This document shows, in pieces, positions 1-13,240 of a DNA stretch of 64,000 nt. The position numbers and the translations under genes are program-made. Location: NCBI RefSeq assembly GCF_009914755.1, contig NC_060926.1. One strand, 5' to 3'. The stretch is from the human T2T-CHM13v2.0 reference genome, Homo sapiens. Below the pieces are notes generated by a model. That model did no database searches. It was not told where the DNA came from and worked only from the letters and a program-made list of their open reading frames with translations. Numbering within the stretch: position 1 is the first letter of the stretch; every line of letters begins with the position of its first letter.

Positions 1-362
1 TCGGTGGAGCAGTATTTGTTTAATGCTATAAAGCAAGCATCGTAGAACTGATTAACAAACTAATCAAATGTACTACATAGCTCAAAAACAAAAACAAAAA
101 CAAAAACAAAAGCAAAAGCAGACAAAAAAAAACAAGATCCATAGATATACCTCCCATTTTACATTGGGCATTAATGTAGGCTTGCAAACAGTACAGAAAA
201 TTTAAGGTTTATGAGATAAAAAATTAAAAACATGAATAAGGATGTCTAAGCCCAAATTGGGTATTTGACCAGTTATCAGAATTTTGCTGGACAGTGAGAT
301 TCACTCTCAGTTAGACAGGTGGAATTAGAATTATTTAGAGCATGATGACAAAAATCTAATAC

Positions 363-536
363 CTTCACATCCTCTCTCGATCTGTCCGTTGCAGAAAAGA
401 GCATCGGAGATGAGGTCCGGAAGCCGTCCATTTAAATCAACTGATGCCAGGCAGCCTTGAAAGCCTTCTTTGGCATGTACAAGTTTTGGTAAGGATTTGT
501 ATGTTTCTTTAGCTACTCCTCCTATATATAAGTCAC
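363..536 (-). CDS. NRXN1: NRXN1 coding exon (~exon 16), 174 nt, end of LNS5: [16 protein letters not shown]...QIERGCE(G)
   Basis: Protein match; acceptor cttcttgcag|GT GAC, donor GAA G|gtatta, phase 1-1. Confidence 0.97.
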
Positions 537-860
537 CTGCAAGAAGATCAAAGTCTTTGTTACAAAAGTACCATGTCATTGACTTTAAACACACAGTAGG
601 ATGGAGAAAAAACAGGGAGGTTTATTTTTCATTAAGTTAATAAAAAATTAATTTATGACTAGCTGTTTTCCCCAAAGTGCTAAACAATAGAGACGTTTGA
701 ATAATATACTGGCACTAGGAGACATTTCTAAAAGCTATTTCCATAGACAACTAAAGTAATTCCATATTATGTGGTCAAATTGAAGGAATGTGGGCTAGCT
801 ATAGAGATGCATACCCTTGCGTGGAAATCCAGGCCTGGTTATTTGCAAGCCCTACAGCCT

Positions 861-861
<1 letters not shown>

Positions 862-897
<36 letters not shown>
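862..897. repeat. (TG)n(TA)n microsatellite inside a probable MIR relic
   Basis: Repeat seen directly; flanks resemble the MIR core (tctaaaatgggaacaataaaaacctat...gattaaatgagatga). Confidence 0.8.
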
Positions 898-898
<1 letters not shown>

Positions 899-3800
899 AG
901 TTTCTCTGATTATTAGTATCATTGTTTCTAAAATGGGAACAATAAAAACCTATGCCAGAGGGTTTCATGATGATTAAATGAGATGAAATATATCAAGCAT
1001 CCACAAGAGCAAAAGTATAAAGTGGACACACAGTCAACAGGCATTATTATTAAATTCACCTTCTGCTTAGAGATCTCTGTGTCTTCCATTTCATCAGAAG
1101 TTCAGTAAATTTCTTCTTGTATCTAAAGTCACTTCTATACTAGGCTGAAGCCCACTATCCTTGCTTGCACCTCTCTTGTTCGATAATTCACATAATAGTC
1201 TGTACATAAGTGGATATTGCATCCTTCTTGAGGTATTTCTGTTTTTAGGTAAAATTACACTACTTTCAATTTTTAGGCTGCTCTGAAATCCGTTAACAAA
1301 TTTTCAACTTATTTTTCTAATTTTATTGCAGTTTCTAATGGAAGACATTGCTTAGCTTTGTTTAACTTTTTCTCTCTAGGTTTGAGATTCCCCAACTTTA
1401 TGGACTATTACTTAAAAAAAAAAAGAGATTACAATCTATGTTGGATTCTGTTTCTTTTTCTATTTCAGATTATTTACCATATCTGGATAATATTCAATAA
1501 ACATAACTAACTGACTTTAGTAAACATTTAATCAATGTGGAACATAAGGAAGGTGAGCTCAAAATTCAGTAATATGCTGCTATAGCTCCAGTCTACAAGT
1601 TCTGTAACATACTCTTTTTATCTACTTCTTCAACTTTCATTTTCATTTGAACTTTCTTTCTCATGTTAACCATTCTATTCAACTTGATGTCACTTGGCAC
1701 ATTTTCCCCAGTGTAACACAAAAATCCTGCAATCTTACTGTTCACCTGGGTCCTTCTGTGTTGTCTTCACGAGACTTGGGAACAAGGAGAACTGATACAC
1801 AGACTGCTGAGCTGTGAGTAACAAATTCCTTGGTCTCCCATCCAGAAATATTCTGTCTTCTGCAGGCACCCATTAAACAGTAATAAGCTAACCTATTAAT
1901 TTGTATGTAGGGTAAAATCAAACCACAGATATAACACTCTTGAACTGTACTCATGAATAAATTGAAATAGAGGAATCATGTGGCATACTCAAAGTCATTC
2001 AACGTTAAAAACTGAGAACTTAGGTCCTTGACCTAACTAAAACTTAAGTTTTATAACTATATAATTTGCATTGAAAGTACTGGATGTATTTACTTCCCCC
2101 CTTTTACATAAAGCAAAGTCTACTGACTATTAACCATCATTCTTAATATTAAAAGACAGCATGGTTTTGGTCAGAGAGGGGATACTATTTTGAAGAATTA
2201 TTTGATTTTTCTTCCATATTTCCATTCTGTCCTTTGTTTTTGCTCTCACTTAAATTTCAGGCCATTGTGTTTTAGTTGCCTCAGAGAAAGGATATGAATC
2301 AGAAATCAAAGATACAAAATTAGCTTTCTGTATTTAAGTCTAAAAATCCTAGACTCTTCGAGGAATGAAATAGAATACATTGGAGTTTACATAAGAAAAG
2401 TAAAGCTTTCCTACTCCTCTTTCAGTCAAGCAGGAGATAAAGTTGGAAGAACCTAGTTGTGCAAGTACAGTCACTGGCAAATGTCAAAGAGGGTGCTGAT
2501 TTCTAATTTAAGGACTGAGCTCTGGTGAATCTCAAAACCTCAGGTAAGTTTCAAGGAGTAATGCAAACCTCTGTGCATTTCCTCAGGAGAACTAAGAGGG
2601 AGCAGTGAGAGCTCTGAAAAGAAATGGCTGCATGGTGGACTTAGATAACCTGAGACCTTAGACAGTCTCACACAACGTTCCGTACTCCTCTGTGCCATGG
2701 GAGCTATAGAACAATTTCCAGACTGGCACAGAAATAGCAAAAAAAAAAAAAAAAAAAAAAAAAAGTCCAACCTAAAGAGGTCATGCACACAAGAATGAAG
2801 ATGCTGGGTAGCACCTCAGTGAGCACCTGAGTTGTGACTCTAGAATATTTGAAACAAGCTTCCATGCCACCTCTCTTTACCCGCCCGCCCCCCTACCAAA
2901 AAAAAAAAAATGAGTACAGTAGAACTCACCCCATTGAGTTATTTAGATATGACACAAGAAAAAGAAGGGAACTAAAATTGCCTGAGATTGTACCTTCACT
3001 AACTCAAAGAATCAAAGCTCAAAATAGAAACCAAGGTGAGTTATAGAAAAATAGAAAAGTTACATTTCTTGTACATCAGAGATTGTGGGCTGAGATTTAT
3101 AATTTGACATGACAAATAGCAATGAAAGGAAATACTACCTACTCCTTTCATTTGTTGAACAAAATTTGTTAGAAAATTTCAGCTCTCCTCCAGGACTAAT
3201 GAATGTAGTAGAGTGGGGAATTGAATGAAGAATTCTTGGCACAGCTTTAGGCTTTTCAGATGTAGAACTCAGTAATAGAAATTATGTATAGAATACTATA
3301 TATTTATTAATCAATCTTCCTCTGTCTGACTGTAACCTCCTGAAGGAGAGAGACTGTGTTTCCCAGAGTGCCCGGTACTGGGCTCTAAGCACGGTTGGCC
3401 CTCAATAAATATTGTCAGCCACCTTATGGATTGAGGCCACGGTAGAAAAGAATAAAAAAAGAGGAAACAGTAAGTAAGGCAACACATGAGGAGAGTGCTA
3501 ATTCTAAAATGCACCAACTTACTTCCTTTTCCCACTTCCTACCACAATCCCTATGTTTTTCTATTAAAAAACTTACTTGCCTGACAACATTGTAAAGCTT
3601 ATTGAAGAGAACTAGTAATCTTTCCCTTGAGTTACTAAAGAGCAGAAAATATCAGTTCAAGCAGTGTGGGATACAACCTTCAAACATACCAAGGTAGACG
3701 AGGTTGGCTTTATAAATAGGGGACTCATTCTCATTTTCATTACTGAAGCTGTACTTAGCACCACCACTTAGTACTGTTTATAAACTCTTTGATATAGCAA

Positions 3801-4384
3801 ATAGTGATCTAAAGTCCCTTGGTGGGTTGCCACATGAAGAGAACAAAGAAACTCCTTTAGTGGTCTGAGCCCTGTGTACTATTATCACTTTATCAAAGAT
3901 GCAGGTTCTCTTTTTGATCCTTGAAGTGACGGGTTTAAAAAAAAAAAAATGACCCATTAGCACTAATGGGTCCTGCAGGTGAGTCCCTGTGCATGTGAAG
4001 GAGGATATACTTAATGGCTCTGTGTATGAACAAGAGCCTGCATGGGCAACCAGTAAAAGCCAACTTTCCTGTAGATATGAAGCTAGCCTGTTACCTCTTC
4101 TTCAAAATGAGTGGCTGATTTTTAATTCATATGTTTTAAGGACCATGTAGGCAATTGATAAGGCAAAGGTTGAATTGGGACACTTTCAGCAAAAGAAGTA
4201 GAGAACATGTACAATACCAAAAACTCAAAAGTCTAAGGGGTGAGTTTCTTAAAATAATCTCAATAATACCCTTATTTTTAGTACTGTATATACACAGCCA
4301 CTATGTTCCTCTCAAGAGTGTTATCTGTGAATGAACTGGGGTGATATCATGAGTATCCATTCCGCAGTAATTGAGCAGTAATGA

Positions 4385-4600
4385 CTAGGGAATAGGGCAC
4401 AGGCATTTTGGTTTTCTCTGTCTACAAACCCTGGCTCTGCCACCTACTGGCTGTCTCAGTGTAGGCAAGTTAGGTTACATAACTTCTTTAAGAGTCAGAT
4501 TCTTCATCTATGAAATGGGGTTGATAATGCCTACCTTGCAAGGCCATAAGGATTACAAAGTATGCACATAAAGCATCTAGTATACAGCATGGACTTAGCC
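4385..4600 (+). mobile_element. MIR SINE relic
   Basis: Core-like text: ctggctctgccacctactggctgt...ggcaagtta...tcttcatctatgaaatgggg...ataatgcctaccttgcaagg. Confidence 0.65.
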
Positions 4601-7600
4601 CGTCATTGATACTGGTATGGCTGTGTCAGTATATCTGTAAGGACGACACATCTATGATGTACCTCAATCTATGCTGATTCCACTGAGAAATGCAGAAGAA
4701 GGAGAAGTATAGTTTATCTCCTGTTTCTAGCACAACTGGAGTGACAACATGTCAATTTTATAAATTCTCCATGATATTTTTTCTATTGGATTTAGTTGAC
4801 AGTCATTTGTGTGCTGAAGTGTGCCTTACACTATTCTAAAAGTAGCTCACAGAGCTCCTTTGACTTAATTTGAAATTCGGTGGCATTGAATCTGGTAATA
4901 TAAATAGGAAAGTTGCTTGACAAATATCTTCTAATTTGACACAAAGCGATTAAGAGGACAAAAAAACTCTATGAAGCCCAAGGGCCAGGTTGTCAGTTCC
5001 AGACTAAACATGCCTTAGAAAATCAGAGAAATAACAGGTTTTTGTGGACTGTGGTTGCAAAGTGGGGGAGCATACAAAAGTTGAGACAAGAAGAAAGTAT
5101 GGGAGACATTACTATTGTAATGATATAAATGTGGATGCCAGACACAGGGAACAGCACAATTGTACCATGGAGACAAAATTTATATGGCATTTAGGAAAGA
5201 GAATAAAAGGCTTGACTGGAAGAGAGGAGTTTTCAGTTATTTATTAAGTTATGTAAATAATATTGTATAAGTAAAGTCAAAGGAAAGGCCACCATAGAAC
5301 TTATGACTGCTGGCTGAAAAAAATAAATAATTAAAGATAATGAGAAATCCAAGGATCAAAGCAAAGCAGGCTAGGAAACTAGGGAATTTGAAGCAGTAAT
5401 AATCCGGAGGAGAAATAAAATTGCATTTAACGTCATGTATGTGGAATTTGAGTAGGAACATCCTAGAGGAATCCAGTGATATGAACCTGGGCCTTAGGGA
5501 ACGGAGGTTGGAGCTTAGAGGCCTTCCTTGGGAGCCACCAACCAAAAGCAGACAAATGACGCGGTAGAGATTTCCTCTTCACTTAAAATAGGAAGCATAA
5601 GGCAATTAGAGTAAAGACCAAGCTCTGCCTTACAGTAGCAGAATGCAAGTGTCAAGGTATAATTAGTTCTTTGACTCAGCTTTCCTGTTTATTCACATGT
5701 ACTTTTTTGAACCTCTTAAATATCTCACTTTCATTTTAATTTTTTTAAAAAGCATACAGAAAAAGGACAATTGCCTTATAGATTTGAATAGCTAAAACTC
5801 CAGGAAATATGAGGGAAGCTCTCATAAACTTTTATAAATGGCATTTGGGGAAAAAGAAAAAGTGAAGTCACACAAATTAGCTTACTTTCCTATAGCTGGA
5901 CTAGAGAAAGTGCAATTCTAGACACTTCATTTTAAGAAGATTGGACCTTGGAGAGAAAATTTGGGTGCAACTTTTTCTCCTAATTCTTATTGTGATTGGA
6001 TGGTAAAAGTAGTGCAATCAAGCTGGGGTAGTTTCTGAGCACATTCTATGGGAAGGGTGCCTTTCGGGGAACAATCAACCTCTGTCCCCAAATTTGTACC
6101 ATTATCTTTAATTTTAATATTGTATTGCACACACATAAAGGAATATCTGTAGGTCAGACCTTATCTAGATACACTGAGAGAGCTTGTCTTTAGGTGACAA
6201 ATCCAAACCTCTAAAACAGGTGTTCCCTGTTAGATAAAAGAAAATGACCTATAATATCTGATAAACAAACATTTGTTTGCTTTCTTAGTAGAAAGCCTAA
6301 GTGTGACTGCTTAAATAAATAATATTAAACTACTAAAAGAAAAAGCATGGGAAGTGAATACTGCTCTAATCTATTTGAGCTTACAAGTAAACAAATATAA
6401 ACTTCTATAAGAAACCACACAGAAATGAACAATGAAAACTATACAAGATCATTTCTAAGTTCAAGGCTTGTAAAATATTCAAAATGGAAATCAAATGGGC
6501 AATTCAAGCAGACATTTTGCTCTGAGACACAAGATCTGTGTCTGTAATAAATCTCCATTTTTTAAAAGATTAATTTTAGAAACTCTCCGCTGAAGAGATG
6601 TTAAGTGGTCACCAGCTTGATTTATTGTTTTTTAACTTCTATACATCTTAGTCTCCCTTGGTACATAAAAGGTTTAGCCTTACAACAATCTATTTTTGCT
6701 TCTGTAGGAAATAACCATAAATTATTATCTTTAGGCGTGTCCTGAATTTCTAGGTCCAGCCTAAAATCAAACCTTCATCATCTCCCCTGCTGTGAAATTA
6801 CTTTTTCTAAACTTTCATGTTGTGTAACAGCCACATATCTAGTCTACCTGCTCTCCAGATTGGAAATTCAGTATCATTTTTAACTTTATTTTATATCTCA
6901 CACCTTACAATCAACTACTGCCAAGGGGTGAATGACTCAACTTTGCCAATATTTCTGACATTTGTTGTTTCGTTTTCATTCCCATTTCCAGTTCTTATCT
7001 ATTTTTCTTCTTGTACACACCTTTTAAGTACTAACCTGTTACCTGGTGTCACTGTCTCCATTCAGCCTCCTCATCAACACTGTCTCAGTCACTCCACTGT
7101 GTTCTGATATCTTCAATACCTTTCTGTATCATCTAAATTAAGTCTAAGGCTCAGCAGTGATCAAGATTTTGAATTACTTCTCTTCAAAAACTTTTGCTAA
7201 ACTTTGAACTATCTTTCAAAAATAACTTTTGCCAGGTAGAAGATTGAAATAATATCTATCTTCGCCCCACAGTCCGACCTTTAGTCAAACTTTGTTGGCA
7301 GCCTTTCCCCAACTCTGCATTTTCCCACTGCTCCATCCTTGCTTGTGGTATACAATACTTCCAGCATGAATGCCTTTCCTCTTCTGATGTTGTTCTTCAA
7401 AATCCTACTCAACTTGGGGGACTCAACTCAAACTCCACCTTGGAAATGTGTACCTGTTTCCTTAGCCACAGATAAATATCTTGGAATCCTCATAAAAAAT
7501 TGAACCCCTTTTCTGAAAATGATTTTATCTTTTTCAGTTCTTTGTATGTGTAAGCCTTATGTAACCATTAGTTTATACATTATTTGAAGGAATAATCCTA

Positions 7601-7789
7601 AACACGTTTATATTCTCATTTTCACTTAGTAAGCATTTGATAATTAGTTGTTGACTCACTGAATGAATGGATGAATTAGTAGTTCACATTCAATAATCAT
7701 TGAAACAATAAGGACACAGGGAAGGTTTTATGTCAGCACTCATATTTGTCCCTGGCTCTTTTTACCTGAGCAATAATGAATTAAGTTAA

Positions 7790-8136
<347 letters not shown>

Positions 8137-9796
8137 TGATCCCTTTCTTAAACACAAAGGTGAAGCCATCCAGCTCATTAAGAAAATTTAGGGAATTCAA
8201 TGGCATATTTTTTCCCACTCTGATAGTGTAACTTGATAGAGTAATACATGACCAGTTTTAACTGACATATACTGAATTTATTTGCAGAAAGAGATACAGA
8301 GATGAAGATAGAGGTGTAGGAACAGTTTGGAGTATCAGTGTGCGTAGTAATGAGAACCCATGCATGAATCGTCTTCTCCAATTAAAATATGTACAAAAAT
8401 CTTTGGAGGAAATTAAATTTGAGCCTATCCTGGCCTTCTGTTTCATTCTGGCTCTATGCTGCTCCATATACAAAGATGACCTGATTCATGCATCCTCCAT
8501 AGGCATATGGACACCATGAGCACTTCACACTGTCTCTCCAGACTCATCTGCTCTGTTATTATCACAAAGAAAGACATGCATTTATTTGCTGTGTGTGTCT
8601 GTAGAACACAGAGAAGCTAACTGTGTGGACCCTTAGTGCTCTGCTCTAGTGAGTTTGTTAATCCTCATCTGCACTTCCTTTTGGTTTGCAGATGTTTCAC
8701 TCCTTCTAGCCTTTGGGCCACCACTCAAAGACTCCTAAGGTTAGAGTCCTTCTAGTTTGTAGCTTCTATTTCTTGGCTCCTTGCCAGCCACAGGTGTTCC
8801 TGATGCTACAGCAGGCTTACACATCTAACAGTATATTGCTTTAGCTAAAATGACTTTGAGTTTCACAAAAATCACCGAGACAACTGAACTGAAATGTACA
8901 GAGTCCTGAGTGAGAGAGGTCTTCCTTACTGCTTTGAATCTTTGGTAATCAGTGTCAGGCATTACTATGGTCAAAACCAGAAAAAACAGCTCTGACTTCA
9001 TCATTATAATAATAACTGACATGAGTTAAGTATCCTTAACTTGACCAAGCATTTGCACATATATTGTTATATCTGGTTTTTGCCTGTTGAGCTACAAGAG
9101 GGGTAAAGGTTATCAGGGATACATGTTACAGATGAAGAAACTATGGTTTAGGGCTACAATACCAGAACAGGGCAGGGTCTTATTGCAAGCCCAGGTCTTC
9201 TGAAACTATGTTAATTGTCCGTTAATCCAGACTGACACGCACATGTACACCCTGTACACTCTAAGTGGCAAGTGGCCAATATGTACAGCTTCACTACTAC
9301 AACATACAGGAAATTTTGGAGAGTTGTGGCTAGTTGATAAAAGTAATGGTAATAAATGGTAGCAAAAATCCAAGCAAGCTAACAAATTCCTGAGACAACT
9401 GGTACAATAAGAGACTCATCTGCATAATAATGGAGTAATCTCATAAAGGCAAAGTCAATTTTCTTCCATAATTATAAATATTAGGTATTCAAATTCCGAT
9501 ACATAAGTAGAATTCTTATGTTCAAAACTTTTTAAATCAAATTTTATCAAAATGTTTTTTACCAAAAGTCAACATTTGATTTTTAGATACAGCAGTTACT
9601 TTTCAATTGTCTCCCACAAAGAGATAAATCAGACACTTGTATGTATCCATGGCCCAATCTAGTACAAACCAGCACTTACGTGGGACAAGTTGGGGAGGGG
9701 CAACCCCAAGAAGATAAGAGTTTACACCTTAACGTTTTCCTGTAGTGAGTTTTGGGGAGTTAATATTGTTATTATCCATATCAACAGAACATATAA

Positions 9797-10136
<340 letters not shown>

Positions 10137-10789
10137 GAACTTTTGTTTCTTATTTAAATTTTGAAACAAAACTGCCCCCAAAAAGATTTTTTTAAAGTAT
10201 GATTCTGAAACTTACAACAGGAAGACAGATTTTGTTTGTATGTTTGGCCAACAGACTGTGAGGAAACCTGGTGGGCATGCTAAATGGGAAATAATAAAGT
10301 GAAATTGCTATGGGAGCGTGTAGAGTAATCCATCTTCTTTTAAACCCACTCTATGCCAGTAACAGTGTGGCAGATGGGGTGCGAGTTCAGGGATATAAAT
10401 CCATGCCAAGCTAACTTCATCTAATGGCTTTAAATTTTTAAATTTACCTTTAGGTAAAAATTGGGTACAAACAGTTTCAGTTTTTTCCTTTTGTCTCATC
10501 CAAATGACAGCCAGTTTAAATACCTGTGACATTCCTTACAGCAGACAATTCTGTCACCATTCCATGTTTCATTTTTTTTACTTACTGTGTAATGCTCTCT
10601 GGGACTGCATATGGATTTGCAGGGGTTTTCAACCTCACATATACTGCTGTACCTTACACATGCATAAACAGTGCAGTTTGAAAGGTGCTTTTTTCAGAAG
10701 CTTTTGAACCAGAGTGACTCCATCTTGAATAGGGGCTGGGTAAAATAAGACTGAGACCTACTGGGCTGGGCTGCATTCCCGAAAGGTTA

Positions 10790-11203
<414 letters not shown>

Positions 11204-11338
11204 TCACTATATGCTAATTATAATTTATTAGCTTGCTAAAAGACACTCCCACCAGTGCCATGACAGTTTACAAATGCCATGTCAACGTCAGGATCAGAAA
11301 GTTACCCTATATGGCTTAAAAAGGGGAGGAACCCTCAG

Positions 11339-11353
11339 TTCTGGGAATTTCCC
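11339..11353 (+). promoter_or_regulatory. Overlapping GAS (STAT) and NF-kB motifs in the MER41B LTR
   Basis: TTCTGGGAA (TTCN3GAA) at 11339-11347 and GGGAATTTCCC at 11343-11353. Motif match only, no functional data. Confidence 0.45.
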
Positions 11354-13079
11354 ACTCATTTTCTGGAAAACTCATGAATAATCCACCCCTTGTTTAGCAT
11401 ATAATAAAGAAAAAACTATAAGTATACTCAGTTCAGCAGTCCATGACGCTGTTCTGCCTATAAAGTAGGCATTTGTTTGTTTCTTTACTTCTCTAATAAA
11501 CTTGCCTTCACTTTACTCTATGGACTTGCCCCAAGTTCTTTCTTGCACAAGGTTCAAGAACCCTCTCTTGGGTTCCGGTTCAGGGCCCCTTTCTCGTAAC
11601 ACTTTCACATCTCTTACTCCATTTGATCCTTGTTGCAACCCTTCACAATAGGTAGGGTGGTTATTATTATCCCTACCTGACAGATGAACAAACTACCCTT
11701 CTGAAAAGTTTAGTTACCTGCCCAGGGTAATACAAGCAATACAAGAATAATAATGCCAGCACTTCAGCGTTTGACTCCCAGGCTAATTCTTTTCCGATGC
11801 ACCACACTCTCTCCTATTTTTACTAAAACCCTTCTCAATGACAGGAGTAGAATAGATAGAGGAGTTTAGAAATGACTGTTCTGGAAATTAAAAGAGACTT
11901 ATAAATAGGGAACAAGTAGCAGAACTTATGTAAAGCTGTTATTTTTTCCCGAATAGTGTATAGAACAATTAGACTTTCTTTCCCAAAATAACTTTTCTTA
12001 TTTGAAAGACAGGTTTTTTTCTTATTTCAAAACAAATGAACATTTATTTTGGGTGGGGAAGACCCAGTGGTATAAAGGGCAAATATAAAAGAACAGCTCT
12101 TTCCTATAATACGTCTCTTTAATGTAGGTGAAAAATTGGCACCGGCTCTCAACTTAGATATAAACAGGATAAAAAAGGTTATAGCCACCAGTGGTTTTCT
12201 GTGTAGCTTGAAAGGACAAAGTAGTATAAAGCACACACAAAAAAACTTACAGACATTGCCAAAGAGCTTTCAAAATATTATGAGCTTCCTGGAGTCAAAT
12301 CACACTCTTGTTTTTCCTTAAGTATCTGAACATTTCTGTATTTTTTTTTCCAAAAAAGAATTCCTTCTGTGCTCGAAAGATGGAATATTATTAATACCAA
12401 TAAGGTCATCACATCCAGTTGCTATAGTGTAATTTCCTAGTGCATGTCTCCAAACACTTTGTTCTTCCAACATAAGCTATTCTTAAGGAGAAATGGAGAT
12501 ACTTAAAAGCAGGGATCCCTCCTCCAGGTCAGGGAAGTGTTAGGAACTTTTCCTAAAGGCTAAGGAAATTAAGGGCTTTGAGAGCTGAATGAGCCTGCAA
12601 GTAGCCAGTTTGCACCAGCCGATGACTGATTGATAGGCCAACCCCCAATCACCCAACCAAGTACTAGATTTTCCAGAGCCTATTCTACATACCTATAAAT
12701 GCAAATGTTCTGCAGAATATATATAAAGGACACACAGCAATTAAAGTTGTTAGCTGTATTGTTTGAGGAGAACTTCAGGGGCTAAGAAGACAGAACCAAT
12801 ATATAGATGCTATGCAAGGCATTGGGGAGAGAAGAGCATATAGAAAGTAAAGTGGAAATATCCAGTTCCTTTGCAACTACCAGAAGTGGAATTTTCAATG
12901 TTATACAATGTAGTAGAAAAGTAGAAGCTTGATTAAGATTTTTTATGGAATAAGAAAGTGTTTTATTTTATGATATTTCCCCCCAAGATTAAAATAAATG
13001 TTAGCTTTTCACTGTAGACATTCAGAAGTAATCCTTTCAAATATTTTGGCAAATACAGATGGCAGTATTTAAATACTGC

Positions 13080-13240
13080 CGTAGACCTGGGTTCAAATTC
13101 TGTTTCTATTGCTTTGTGCTACGTGACAAATGAATAACTCACTTAAGCCTTCCAAGTCTCCATTATCTCATCTGTAAAATGGGGGCACTAATAATTCACT
13201 GATCTAATTGTTGTGAGGATTCAGAGACCGTATGTGTAAA
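13080..13240 (+). mobile_element. MIR SINE relic
   Basis: gacctgggttcaaattctg...ctcatctgtaaaatgggg...ttgtgaggattcagaga. Confidence 0.7.
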
